Positions 1-22,097 of a stretch of 64,000 nt of DNA are shown here, in pieces; positions within the stretch are counted from its first letter, which is position 1, and each line of letters starts with the position of its first letter. The notes under the pieces are model-generated. The model was not told where the DNA came from, searched no databases, and worked only from the letters and a program-made list of their open reading frames with translations. Source of the stretch: Candidatus Gottesmanbacteria bacterium (GTDB lineage Bacteria; Patescibacteriota; Microgenomatia; UBA10105; UBA927). The position numbers and the translations under genes are program-made. The stretch lies in assembly GCA_963701185.1 (NCBI GenBank), contig OY969569.1, positions 667,548 to 731,547 of the forward strand, given 5' to 3'.

Positions 1-210
1 TATAGTCTGATCTTTTATGATCGCATTTTTGAGCTCGTCGGCAATTTTCGCCGGATTTTTTTTCAGAGACTTCGAAAGAAGCATTGCGACGTTGGTTGAG
101 TAGTCCCCGTGCATGGGATTTTCCGGGACGGAAACGGTCGGCAGAGCAACATCCTCAACCCCCATCCCCTCCAAAACCCGCTCCAGTAAATCCGCAATCG
201 TTTTCTTCAT
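1..210 (-). CDS. argS: arginyl-tRNA synthetase, N-terminal fragment (gene continues beyond window start)
   Basis: Reverse-complement translation MKKTIADLLERVLEGMGVEDVALPTVSVPENPMHGDYSTNVAMLLSKSLKKNPAKIADEL matches the ArgRS N-terminal domain pattern (P..HGDY.TN.AM.L.K). ATG at 210..208 lies 13 nt after the argG stop. Confidence 0.55.
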   Translation of the reverse strand, partial: MKKTIADLLERVLEGMGVEDVALPTVSVPENPMHGDYSTNVAMLLSKSLKKNPAKIADELKNAIIKDQTI

Positions 211-223
211 TATTTTTATACTA

Positions 224-1471
224 TCACTTCCCTATTTGATTCGCCAGCTTCATCTGCAGGCTATAGATCTCGATAAACCCCGCCGATGCATTCACATTAA
301 ACTTGTATCCGTCGGTATTCGTAAATGACGTATGGGCAAGCCCAAACGGCGACTTCATCGTGACGACATCGACCTTGCCTTTCAACAGTTTGACCGTCAC
401 CTCACCGGTCACCTTTTGGTTGACAAAGTCATTAAACGCATTGATAGACTGCATGACCGGGTCGTACCAGAGAGCGTTGTAGCAGAGATAGCCCCACTTA
501 ACATCCATTTCGTCTTTGAGCTGGTTCAACTTCTGCGTCGACACGTATTTTTCCAGGGCTTTATGCGCCTCGATAATGACGTGGGCCGCCGGAAGCTCAT
601 ACACGCCGACATCTTTGACGCCGACGAGCCTGTCCTCTACCATGTGCACGACGCCGACGCCGTGGGCACCTGCAATCAGGTTCAGCTTACCGATGACGGC
701 CGCAAGAGATAATTTTTCGCCACTCAGCGCCACGGGAATCCCCTTTTCAAACGTCAGCGTGACGAATTCCGGCGCGTTGGGCGCGTTTTCGGGAAGCGTA
801 TAGGTCGTGAGGAATTTCTCGATCGGCGAAATAATGGCCGGATCTTCTATCTCCCCGCCTTCCCAGGTCATGCCCCACATGTTATCGTCCACGCTATACG
901 GAAAATCTATACGTGCCGGGACCGGTATCCCGTGCTTTTTTGCATACGCGATCTCGTCGTTTCTATCCATGCCCCATTCACGGACCGGCGCGATAATCTT
1001 AATCTTCGGGTTGAGCGTCAGCGCATACCCTTCGATACGCACCTGATCATTTCCCTTGCCCGTACAACCGTGCGCAATCGCATCCGCGCCGTATTTTTTG
1101 GCCATGTCAACGGCGACTTTGGCAATAATTGCCCTGCCCATGGGCGTCGACAAATGATAATTCCCCTGATAGCACGCGTTAGCCTTAATCCCTTTTGCCA
1201 AATACTCATTGGCAAATTCTTCTTTCACGTCCAACGTCATTGCCTTCACCGCGCCAAATTTGAGGGCTTTTTTCTTGATGGCGGCCAAATCATCCTTCTG
1301 CTGACCGATATCCAGCGTGAGCGCGATAATCTCTGCCTTGTACTGATCTTTGATCCATGTGAGCATGACGCTCGTATCCAGCCCGCCGGAATAGAGCAGA
1401 AGCACCTTTTTTACCTCGCCTTTTTTGGCCTCGTAGGAGGCAGCTTTAATGTAATTGGTTTTCGTTTTCAT
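224..1471 (-). CDS. argG: argininosuccinate synthase
   Basis: ORF 224..1606. Internal Met at 1471 gives MKTKTNYIKAAS...KKVLLLYSGGLDTSV (PP-loop SGGLDTS). Ends with TGA at 226..224. Overlaps the argH 3' end by about 25 nt. Confidence 0.85.
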   Translation of the reverse strand: MKTKTNYIKAASYEAKKGEVKKVLLLYSGGLDTSVMLTWIKDQYKAEIIALTLDIGQQKDDLAAIKKKALKFGAVKAMTLDVKEEFANEYLAKGIKANACYQGNYHLSTPMGRAIIAKVAVDMAKKYGADAIAHGCTGKGNDQVRIEGYALTLNPKIKIIAPVREWGMDRNDEIAYAKKHGIPVPARIDFPYSVDDNMWGMTWEGGEIEDPAIISPIEKFLTTYTLPENAPNAPEFVTLTFEKGIPVALSGEKLSLAAVIGKLNLIAGAHGVGVVHMVEDRLVGVKDVGVYELPAAHVIIEAHKALEKYVSTQKLNQLKDEMDVKWGYLCYNALWYDPVMQSINAFNDFVNQKVTGEVTVKLLKGKVDVVTMKSPFGLAHTSFTNTDGYKFNVNASAGFIEIYSLQMKLANQIGK

Positions 1472-2753
1472 ACAGTTTAACCTCCTTTCTGAGCTTTGAA
1501 AGTCCCAGATTACCTGGTCCCCCACGATGATTTGAAGCCTTAAGAACTGTGAGCGGATCAACGTTTGTAAGGCACGAAAGCGACATTCCAATTTTTTTAT
1601 ACGCATCCCTAAAGGGCATTCCCTTTTTTACCAATTCATACGCTGCGTGTGTGGCAAAAAGCTCCGGCGTGCAGGCATTGTGTAAAATCTCGATATTCGG
1701 TTTTACACCTGAAAGAACAAGATTAACAATCGCCAGTGAAGAGATAGTCGTTTCTATCGCATGCATAAACGGCCCCTTGGTTTGACCAAAATCCGCGTTA
1801 TACCCTGATGGCAATCCTATTGAGGTCGATGCGACGAGCCCTTCATCTGCTGCAACTGCGTGCGCATTTGCCCGTAGATATTCCATAACATCCACATTGT
1901 TTTTCTGCGGCATAATGCTTGATCCGGTTGTTATATCCGGTGCGACAGTAAAAAAACTAAATTCACTTGTGGTGAACAAGAGAAGATCCGATGCAAAACG
2001 TGAGAGCGTCAGCATAATCTGCGTAAGCGCCGCCATCACTGCAAGGTGACTTTTGGGGCGGGAAACCTGACAGTACAGTGAGTTATTCTGCGTTTTAGCA
2101 AAACCAAGCAGTTTTGAGGTCAATTCTCTATCTATCGGCAATGAAACTCCGTACGCGGCTCCAGAGCCCAACGGATTTTGGTCATTTATAGCGAAAGCTG
2201 TCGCCAGTATCTTCACGTCATCAAACAGACTCTCCGCAAAACTTCCCGCCCACATACCTACCGATGAGGGCATTGCTTTTTGCATGTGCGTGTAGCCCGG
2301 CATAGGAACAAATTCGTACGTTTGCGCAAACGAAATAAAAGCATCAATAAGCGGGAAAACGGCAGCAGTGATTTGCGTACACTGATCTTTTGTATAGAGC
2401 CTCAAATCAACCTGAATTTGATCGTTGCGGCTTCTGCCGGTATGAAGTTTTTTGGCGACATCACCGACTTTTTCTGTTAGGAACCCCTCAACCTTTGTGT
2501 GTACGTCTTCATCCCCCATCTGAACGGTAAATTTACCTGCTTTATGAAGCGCCGAAATTTTATTGAGGCCATTCACCAATAGTGCACATTCTTTTTTTGT
2601 GAGTATGCCGATTTTGGTAAGCATTTTTGCATGAGCAATAGATCCCATCACATCGTAGGGGATAAGTTTCGTATCCAGCGCAAGCGTATCGCCGAAACAA
2701 TATGCCTCGGCAATTGGATCCTGTTTGATATTTTTTTCCCAAAGTTTTTTCAT
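1446..2753 (-). CDS. argH: argininosuccinate lyase
   Basis: ORF 1446..2795. Likely start is ATG at 2753 (MKKLWEKNIKQDP...) with AAGGAG-like RBS 7 nt upstream. Fumarate-lyase family signature GSSIMPQKNN is present. Confidence 0.85.
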   Translation of the reverse strand: MKKLWEKNIKQDPIAEAYCFGDTLALDTKLIPYDVMGSIAHAKMLTKIGILTKKECALLVNGLNKISALHKAGKFTVQMGDEDVHTKVEGFLTEKVGDVAKKLHTGRSRNDQIQVDLRLYTKDQCTQITAAVFPLIDAFISFAQTYEFVPMPGYTHMQKAMPSSVGMWAGSFAESLFDDVKILATAFAINDQNPLGSGAAYGVSLPIDRELTSKLLGFAKTQNNSLYCQVSRPKSHLAVMAALTQIMLTLSRFASDLLLFTTSEFSFFTVAPDITTGSSIMPQKNNVDVMEYLRANAHAVAADEGLVASTSIGLPSGYNADFGQTKGPFMHAIETTISSLAIVNLVLSGVKPNIEILHNACTPELFATHAAYELVKKGMPFRDAYKKIGMSLSCLTNVDPLTVLKASNHRGGPGNLGLSKLRKEVKLYENENQLH

Positions 2754-3061
2754 ATGTTCTCCTTTTTTCCCACAAAAAATCCCCTTGAGCCTCAATCCCT
2801 AAAGAGGGATGGAGGCACAAAGGGACGTTTAAAACGTGGTGCCACCCTGATTTTCAACTCTAAGTCCCGAGGGACAAAAAAATCTGCTGTAAAAGCCTTG
2901 ACAGCAAATGAGTTGACTCATTTAATGCTTCTTACTTGCCACCTTTCGATGACTTTCTTCAGAAGCGGGCTCCGGTGCTCGACACCATCATCGCCCTATT
3001 AACTTTTTAAGTACAAAAAAGTATTATACTACGAAAACAGGGTTTGTCAAGAGCTAAAATA

Positions 3062-3838
3062 TCACCGGGTATGTGACAGCGTTTCGTTAAGAAACGGAAG
3101 GATAAATGTGTCTAAAACAAGATGGACATGCAGTTGTTTTTCCGCTCTGGTCCCACACCCCGGAATCTCAAAAACAAATGCCCGCTTCACCGACCCCAGA
3201 CCCCGCGCGCCCAGATCGACCAGATGCGTCTCGTATGTCGTATCATAATGGTCCGATGCCGTCGTCTGCACATATCCGTCGGTAATCCAATTTCCTAAAT
3301 CCGGAGCATCCGATCCCGTAAACGTTCCGAACCCTTGTTTTTTTATGACTCCGACGAGATTCTTCCGTAACCGGTGCACCAGATCTTCCGCGATTGAATC
3401 ATCCGTATGCTGCGGAATATCATAAAAATAAAACGGGGCGGGGCTGTCTTCATGATCTTCGTGGAAAGAAAACATATAGTGAAGCGGAAATTTGTCTGTA
3501 CATAACCGTAACAGCCGCGCTCTCGGGTGCGTGGGCATCTCTCCGGGAACTGGAAATTGGCGGTTTATATCTACGCCGTCCCCATCGCGTGTTCTGGCGT
3601 GTATGGCCGCCGGATGAGCGTGGGAGATACGGATGTGGGAATATTTCAGCTCACCGGTAACCGTCCGGTGATTTAATGCCGTACGGACAATGCCGATAAC
3701 GACGGCTTCATGTCCATGAAGCCCTGTCACAAACCCCACCTGCGGCTCCCCAATCCCCTGAAACAGGTCATATGCCAGCGATGATTCCCCGTCGATGAGG
3801 GTGTTGTGTATCCATGGCGTCTGAAGCTCTTTTCCCAT
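3062..3838 (-). CDS. succinylglutamate desuccinylase/aspartoacylase (AstE/AspA, M14-like) family zinc hydrolase
   Basis: GLHGHE (HxxE zinc motif) and GVDINRQFP (D.NR.F motif of the M14/AstE-AspA fold). Confidence 0.45.
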   Translation of the reverse strand: MGKELQTPWIHNTLIDGESSLAYDLFQGIGEPQVGFVTGLHGHEAVVIGIVRTALNHRTVTGELKYSHIRISHAHPAAIHARTRDGDGVDINRQFPVPGEMPTHPRARLLRLCTDKFPLHYMFSFHEDHEDSPAPFYFYDIPQHTDDSIAEDLVHRLRKNLVGVIKKQGFGTFTGSDAPDLGNWITDGYVQTTASDHYDTTYETHLVDLGARGLGSVKRAFVFEIPGCGTRAEKQLHVHLVLDTFILPFLNETLSHTR

Positions 3839-3855
3839 AAAACGCGTATGATACC

Positions 3856-4695
3856 TTATCTCGCTGCGACAGTCCAGTGTAATCCATCTGAGACAACCTC
3901 AATGTCCCCTTCTTTATCCGTCCGATGAATGGTAGATCCGGACTTTTGGAGCATATCAATGGCCTCCGTGGACGGGTGGCCGTAGCTGTTTTTCCCGACG
4001 GAAATGACGGAAATCTTCGGTTTAAGCCAGTCAATAAACCCTTGCGTCATGCCGGTTTTTGCGCCGTGATGCGGAACTTTTAGCAGTTCGACGTCGCTGA
4101 CTGCTAAATCCTGACGCAGTGTCATGTCGCCGGAGAAAAGTGCATCAAATGTCCCGTACCGCAGCAAAAAAACAAGACTTCCTTCGTTAAGATCCGCATC
4201 TGTTGTAACCCCCAGGACACTTTCTTGGGTAGGCCAGAGGACGGAAAGGGAAGCGGGGCCGATGGAAATTTTTTCTCCACGCATCACTAACCGCTGCGGA
4301 ATGTGATGTGCTTTGATTGCATCAGCAAATTGGGTGTACACATCGGACGAACTTGCGACGTCACTGCGTACAACATAGTCAACGCGGTACCGATTCAAAA
4401 CGGAAATAAGACCTTTGAGATGATCATTTTGCGGATGCGAGTTCACAACCAAATTTATTTCCCTATCCCAAAACGGCATAGCACGCCCGAGGCACGAGAG
4501 CACCGAATCGTTGGGTCCGCCGTCAACCAGCATGTCGCGCCCGTCGGGAAATCGGACATACGCGGCGTCGCCCTGACCGACGTTGCAAAAGAATATATGC
4601 AGCTTTCCGTCGGGTAATGTGGTGAGAAAACTAACTAGCAGTATACAGCCTGTAATTATTCCGCTTATCACATATCCCCAGCGCAGTTTAAACAT
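3856..4695 (-). CDS. comEC: ComEC/Rec2 C-terminal metallo-beta-lactamase domain protein (separate ORF)
   Basis: N-terminal TM helix, then LHIFFCNVGQGDAAYVRFPDGRDMLVDGG, typical of the ComEC MBL domain. HHGAKTG is also present. Confidence 0.7.
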   Translation of the reverse strand: MFKLRWGYVISGIITGCILLVSFLTTLPDGKLHIFFCNVGQGDAAYVRFPDGRDMLVDGGPNDSVLSCLGRAMPFWDREINLVVNSHPQNDHLKGLISVLNRYRVDYVVRSDVASSSDVYTQFADAIKAHHIPQRLVMRGEKISIGPASLSVLWPTQESVLGVTTDADLNEGSLVFLLRYGTFDALFSGDMTLRQDLAVSDVELLKVPHHGAKTGMTQGFIDWLKPKISVISVGKNSYGHPSTEAIDMLQKSGSTIHRTDKEGDIEVVSDGLHWTVAAR

Positions 4696-4800
4696 AACTA
4701 GTAGCCTCTAGTAAATGGTTTTACGCCCAATATTTTTCCTGTTTTACGCATGCCGTGTTTAGTTTGATCTAGTTATTTTGAAGCTGGCTTATTCAATAAC

Positions 4801-5577
4801 TCACCATCCGAGACTGGAAAACGGTAGTTTTGCTGTCCACTCAACCATCACAATCAGGTATTCCAAAAATACCCAACTGACCCAACCAAAGACAACCCCC
4901 ATCGGCAACCAGATCCATCCGAGTATTGCCCCCGCCATGCCGATGGCAGTGACGGGAGCGATGACCCACCCGATGAGAATATTGGTGAGGGGAGCGACCA
5001 GAGAAATTCGTCGGAACGTTACGAGAATCAGGGGAATGGTAAACACTTGCGCCGAAAGCGTCGTCTGCAGCGTGTCCTGAATAAAATTTTTTTGTTTTTT
5101 TCCAAATAGAATAATTCCCAAAGTCGCCAAGGCTGAAAGCTGAAACGACAGGTCGCCGATCCATGACGGTTTCACCAAAAGCATGATGCCGACGGTAAGA
5201 ATGTAGCTGAATATGCTCCAGTTGGGCCTGCCTACGAGGACGGCAAATAATGTGAGACAGCCCATGATGGCGGCCCGGACAACACTTGCCGACGGCCCGA
5301 CAAACCAAACAAAACCTATAATAATCAGTATTGTCAGAAGACTGGCGATGCGGCGGCTGACAATCCGCAGAAACGTCGTGATGGAAAGATCGGCTAAAAT
5401 CGAGATATTCATGCCGGAGAGCGCGACAATGTGCAATGTTCCGGTTGCCGTTAATGCATCCAGAAAATCTTTTGATAAAGTAGCCTTGGTACCGAATAAG
5501 ATACCGGCCAGCAGGCCTGCGTGAGGCTCCGGAAGGACCTGATTGATAACGGATGTAAATGTCGAAATGGTCATCAT
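4801..5577 (-). CDS. comEC: ComEC competence-domain polytopic membrane protein (channel part)
   Basis: Multi-TM protein with HIVALSGMNISILA motif of the Competence domain. Separated from the MBL ORF by ~105 nt with in-frame stops. Confidence 0.65.
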   Translation of the reverse strand: MMTISTFTSVINQVLPEPHAGLLAGILFGTKATLSKDFLDALTATGTLHIVALSGMNISILADLSITTFLRIVSRRIASLLTILIIIGFVWFVGPSASVVRAAIMGCLTLFAVLVGRPNWSIFSYILTVGIMLLVKPSWIGDLSFQLSALATLGIILFGKKQKNFIQDTLQTTLSAQVFTIPLILVTFRRISLVAPLTNILIGWVIAPVTAIGMAGAILGWIWLPMGVVFGWVSWVFLEYLIVMVEWTAKLPFSSLGW

Positions 5578-5593
5578 ACGACGTCCTGGGGCA

Positions 5594-6169
5594 TTACAGT
5601 GACAGGTTGTCTTTTAGTTTATCGTATAAAGACGCACTGATTGCCTTTTTCGTGACCAGCTCGTCCAACGTCTGATACGGCCGATTGTCGATGATTTTTT
5701 GCGCCGTGACCGGACCCACGCCGGATAAACCATCTAATTGGGTGAGCGTTGCAAAGTTTACCGACACCAACCCATTTTGTGTATTACTAATAATGTGCGA
5801 CGTCTGATCCGTACCTTTGGGAGGGATATATAATTTTGCCCCGTCCGTCATTTTTTGCGCGCGGTTCACCGTTTTTGCAAATAATGCCTCATCTGCATCT
5901 TCCCCTAAACCTCCGGCTGCCGTTATGGCATCCTCTACTCGGCTACCTGTTGGCAGGGTGTAGACGCCGGGATTTTCGATCGCCCCCTCGACGTCTACCG
6001 TGAGTGTCGCGGAACCCGTAGCCTCAACTCGGTCGGACGAAAATTCAATGGGCGTGGTCGTTTGGACCGATTGGACAAGAAGAATGATGGATATGACGAT
6101 CGCGGCGACGCTCACTCCCCCGAGAATCATGGGGATTTTATACGAGCGAAAGATTACCGGCACATCCAT
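5594..6169 (-). CDS. comEA: ComEA DNA receptor (SLBB + helix-hairpin-helix)
   Basis: N-terminal TM, SLBB-like LYIPPKG... and C-terminal HhH LDGLSGVGPVTAQKIIDNRPYQTLDEL. Confidence 0.7.
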   Translation of the reverse strand: MDVPVIFRSYKIPMILGGVSVAAIVISIILLVQSVQTTTPIEFSSDRVEATGSATLTVDVEGAIENPGVYTLPTGSRVEDAITAAGGLGEDADEALFAKTVNRAQKMTDGAKLYIPPKGTDQTSHIISNTQNGLVSVNFATLTQLDGLSGVGPVTAQKIIDNRPYQTLDELVTKKAISASLYDKLKDNLSL

Positions 6170-6178
6170 AAGCGGAAC

Positions 6179-8779
6179 CTACATAACGAAGTTTATCAGT
6201 CTCCCCGGAACAAAAATTATCTTTTTCACCGCTTTTCCCGCGAGATATTTTTTAATATTTTCCCGATTTTTTGCTTCCGTCTCTATATCTTTCTGTATAG
6301 AAGCACTGCCCGCTGCTACGGTAATTGTATCGCGAAGTTTTCCATTCACTTGAATGGCAATTGTCACGTCCTCACGAAGTATTTTAGACGTATCACTTTT
6401 TGGCCACGGCTGGAGATGCACGGATTGTGATGGTTTGAACTCTTTATATCCATTTACCTGCTGCCACAGCTCTTCGGCACAATGCGGCGCAAGCGGCGCC
6501 AAGATACAAATAAACTTTTTGAGATCATCAATACCCACTGTTGTCTGTTCATCACTCACTCCATTCGTCCACTCCATCAAACCGGCTATCGCTGTATTAT
6601 ACCGACGCTTTTCAAGATCATCACCGACCCGACGAATGGCCTTCTCAAGCGCCGAAGATATTGCAGCGCTCGATGTCTGTGACTGCTTACTGACCGATGC
6701 CTGTGCCATACGCCATATACGACCAACCCACCGGGACATTCCCTCCATGGCGGTATCACGGAAATCGCCACCCTGATCGAACGGCCCCATGAACATTAAA
6801 TAGAGCCGCAATGCATCAGAACCATACAATTTTATATATTCATCGGGGTTCACGACATTCCCTTTACTTTTGCTCATCTTCGCGCCGTCTTTGATCACTA
6901 ACCCGTGGGCATAAAAACGGGTAAACGGCTCTTCGAAATCTACGTATCCCCAGTCATGGAGGGCCATCGTGACAAAACGGGCATACATAAGATGCAACAC
7001 GGAGTGTTCTGCCCCGCCGGTATATAGAGAAACCGGAAGCCATTTTTTGGTAATCGCGGGATCCCAGGGTAATTTTTGCTTGTCATCCCCGACCTGATCG
7101 GGGATCTGCGTTTGATTTCCTTTAAAACCAATACCGATTCCCGCCTTCGCGGGAATGACAACAGAATCGAGGCCAACAGAAGGGTAACGAAGGAAATACC
7201 AGGAACTATCTAAAAATGTATCAGAAACATCTGTTTCCCGTACAGCTTTCCCCCGGCACCCCGGGCAAGTGGTTTCATAAAACTCTTTGTGTTTCGCAAG
7301 CGGCGCCACGCCGTCATCGCCCGGTTTGTAATCCTCAATACGGGGCAACAGAACAGGAAGGTCGCTCTCCGGCACCGCATACCACCCCGGCATGTCTTTC
7401 CGTTCCCCTTTACCTTCTGACGCACACTTCTTACAAAAAATCATCGGAATGGGCGGACCCCAGTAACGTTGGCGGCTGATAAGCCAATCACGCAGATGAT
7501 AGGTCGTCACGCGTACCCCCCACCCTTTTTTCTCCATATAGTCCATAATTTTTTCCGTAGCTTTATGAATATCCATTCCGTCAAGGAATCCGGAATTCAT
7601 CAGTATTCCCGCTTCCTCCTGCACCTGATCCGCCCGTGAAATGTCCGAGATGTCAGCGTCTGCACCTTTAACAACACGAATGATAGGTATATCAAACTGT
7701 ATCGCAAAGGCAAAATCCCTTTTATCATGACCGGGTACTCCAACCACCGCACCGGTCCCCACGCTGGCGAGCACGAAATCGGAAACATAGAGCGGCATAC
7801 GGCGCCCCGTGAGTTGATTGATACAGAAGAGATGCGTGAATACACCGGTTTTTGTCTGACCCTCAGCGATCCGAACACTTTCCATTTTTACTTTGGCAGC
7901 CTCAATATATTGGGTCAGTTTGACACGCTCTTCCTTTTTTATCACTTCCAACACCTTATTGATAAAGGGATGTTCGGGTGCAAGCACTACAAAAGTGGCT
8001 CCAAAATTGGTATCAGGGCGAGTTGTGAAGCATGTCACGTCACCAACGTTCTTACCATTTTCATCAACAACATCATAGGTAATGTTCATTCCCTCTTTTT
8101 TCCCGATCCAATTGGTTTGCGCGACTTTTATTTTTTCTGACCAATCGAGGCTGGATAAGTTTCTCAGTAATTTCTCCGCATATGCGGTAATCTTAAAGAA
8201 CCACTGTTCCAACAATCTTTTCTCTACAATATTCCCGCAACGCTCACATTTCCCATCAATGACCTGTTCATCGGCTAAAACCGTTTTATCCGAAGGACAC
8301 CAGTTTACACTCGCCTTCCTCCGATATGCTAACCCGCGCTTGAACATCTGAACGAATAGCCACTGCGTCCACCGGTAATAGCCGGGGTCGTACGTTTCGA
8401 GCGTCCTGTCCCAATCAAACATCGCACCGATTTTATGCAACTGATCGTAAAATTTCTTTTCTGTCACAACCGCATGGTCCATGGGATGACGGCCGATTTT
8501 CAGCGCGAAATTTTCGCTGTGAATGCCGAATCCATCCAGTCCGATCGGCTCAAACACATCGTACCCCAGCATCCGTTTGAACCGGCCGTAGATATCGGAT
8601 CCCGTGACAGCGTACATATTGCCGACATGCAGCCCTTCCGCGGACGGATACGGGAACATCATAAGGTTATAGAACGGCTTCGTAGCTTTAGAAATATTCG
8701 GAGAATCAAGCTTTGTTTGGCGCCACGCCTTCTGCCATTTTTCCTCGACCTCTGTATGGTCATACAACGGCATCGTCAT
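6179..8779 (-). CDS. leuS: leucyl-tRNA synthetase
   Basis: 866 aa. HVGNMYAV (HIGH-like) and KMSKSKGN (KMSKS) motifs. Start taken at MTMPLYDHTEVEEKWQKAW (ATG 8779) within ORF 6179..8818. Confidence 0.9.
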   Translation of the reverse strand: MTMPLYDHTEVEEKWQKAWRQTKLDSPNISKATKPFYNLMMFPYPSAEGLHVGNMYAVTGSDIYGRFKRMLGYDVFEPIGLDGFGIHSENFALKIGRHPMDHAVVTEKKFYDQLHKIGAMFDWDRTLETYDPGYYRWTQWLFVQMFKRGLAYRRKASVNWCPSDKTVLADEQVIDGKCERCGNIVEKRLLEQWFFKITAYAEKLLRNLSSLDWSEKIKVAQTNWIGKKEGMNITYDVVDENGKNVGDVTCFTTRPDTNFGATFVVLAPEHPFINKVLEVIKKEERVKLTQYIEAAKVKMESVRIAEGQTKTGVFTHLFCINQLTGRRMPLYVSDFVLASVGTGAVVGVPGHDKRDFAFAIQFDIPIIRVVKGADADISDISRADQVQEEAGILMNSGFLDGMDIHKATEKIMDYMEKKGWGVRVTTYHLRDWLISRQRYWGPPIPMIFCKKCASEGKGERKDMPGWYAVPESDLPVLLPRIEDYKPGDDGVAPLAKHKEFYETTCPGCRGKAVRETDVSDTFLDSSWYFLRYPSVGLDSVVIPAKAGIGIGFKGNQTQIPDQVGDDKQKLPWDPAITKKWLPVSLYTGGAEHSVLHLMYARFVTMALHDWGYVDFEEPFTRFYAHGLVIKDGAKMSKSKGNVVNPDEYIKLYGSDALRLYLMFMGPFDQGGDFRDTAMEGMSRWVGRIWRMAQASVSKQSQTSSAAISSALEKAIRRVGDDLEKRRYNTAIAGLMEWTNGVSDEQTTVGIDDLKKFICILAPLAPHCAEELWQQVNGYKEFKPSQSVHLQPWPKSDTSKILREDVTIAIQVNGKLRDTITVAAGSASIQKDIETEAKNRENIKKYLAGKAVKKIIFVPGRLINFVM

Positions 8780-9433
8780 ATGATATCCATTATATATGAT
8801 AAAAAAACTGGACGCCAACTATATCCTGACTTCCAGATGGAGTAAATATTCCTATAAGCTTCTTATATACGCGTGAAATCATCATGAAATATCCAAATAT
8901 ACAGAAAATCAGCTTCAGAAAACAGCATATATTATGAGCACGCTCTGGATAATCCCTACCTTTTCCCGATCCCCTTTGGCAGTGTGCAGCCAAAAAATGC
9001 GTATTCTTCTAAAATGTTCGTAATGAGATGACAATAATAGTCTATTTATAAAATAGCACTCGAATAGTTGAACTGCCATTTAGCCTCATCTCAAAAATTA
9101 GACTCCGAATTCTCTATTCGCAGCATAATCAGTATTTCACAAACACAATTTCACTATATTATATTACTGTAACGATCCAAATCGTGTATAGCACTATGAA
9201 CATATGATTGCCATTTTGTTCTATACACCATAAAATCCACCCTTCCCCCTACTTTTTATTCAATATTATTATAAGTTATTTCATTTTAAAATGCATCCAC
9301 TATAAGACAAGAATTATCAATATTACAGGCCTCAGTATTAATTTAGGCCGTTCTAACAATCCTTTCATATATCCTCATTTTTCTTATATAGTTACATTTA
9401 TTTCATGCCGTAAAGCATGAAAATTCCAGCATT

Positions 9434-9453
9434 CATTCAATAATTATTGAATG
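9434..9453. promoter_or_regulatory. perfect 20-bp palindrome CATTCAATAATTATTGAATG in the long AT-rich leader of the giant gene
   Basis: Sequence equals its own reverse complement. Three ATGCGT(T)AAT direct repeats follow within ~70 bp (9479-9520). Confidence 0.5.
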
Positions 9454-9816
9454 ATGATATTGATAGTATGTAGATGGTATGCGTAATATTAACATGCGTT
9501 AATTCGTGAAATGCGTAATTTTAAAGAAATCTCTATTATTTCTCCTTTCTTTGATCATATCCTTACTCCATCATTTTCCCGTTCACGCTTTTTTTCAAAA
9601 AAACAGTCATAAGCTTGACCGGCCCCCGACTCTACTCTTCGCCGATATATATGTAAACAAAACTGCATGAATTTTGTCGATTTGACGGGCTAATCTCAAT
9701 AATACTCAGATATATTTCATATTTCACCCGATAGTAATAGTTATAACATATAAATATGCTCTCCCCATGCAGAGCTTATAGTTTAGCCTCAACACGCTCA
9801 TTTTCCCGCACTATTT

Positions 9817-9846
9817 TTGACAAACACAGCCTCTTCCCTTTTTAAT
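9817..9846 (+). promoter_or_regulatory. candidate sigma70-type promoter TTGACA-N18-TTTAAT for the giant gene
   Basis: TTGACA at 9817-9822 and TTTAAT at 9841-9846. The TTG that opens the ORF-track ORF at 9817 is this -35 hexamer. The first in-frame ATG downstream is at 9934. Confidence 0.35.
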
Positions 9847-9933
9847 AAGAGTAGGCCTAAATTCCCCGATGACATCTATAGACAAAGTAGTGACAACCGG
9901 AAGCCGGTTTTTGCTACGAAATTATTTTTTGGT

Positions 9934-22047
<12,114 letters not shown>

Positions 22048-22097
22048 TTTTTATTCATGATTGACAAAGAAAAAAAATCACACTACTGTATATATAT

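Noticed and set aside
332-1480. Plus-strand ORFs 332..712, 516..803, 807..1046 and 932..1480 inside argG.
   Set aside because: They are antisense to a well-supported argG reading frame and have no recognisable motifs.
2789-2875. Small hairpins ATCCCT-aaag-AGGGAT and GTCCC-ga-GGGAC in the argH upstream region.
   Set aside because: Short stems without a U-tract or recognisable riboswitch/T-box features. Insufficient evidence for a regulatory call.
9817-9933. TTG at 9817 as the start codon of the giant ORF (as in the ORF track).
   Set aside because: The TTG is the first half of a TTGACA -35 hexamer with a TTTAAT -10 18 nt downstream. No in-frame ATG/GTG/TTG exists before the ATG at 9934, where the HTH motif begins naturally.
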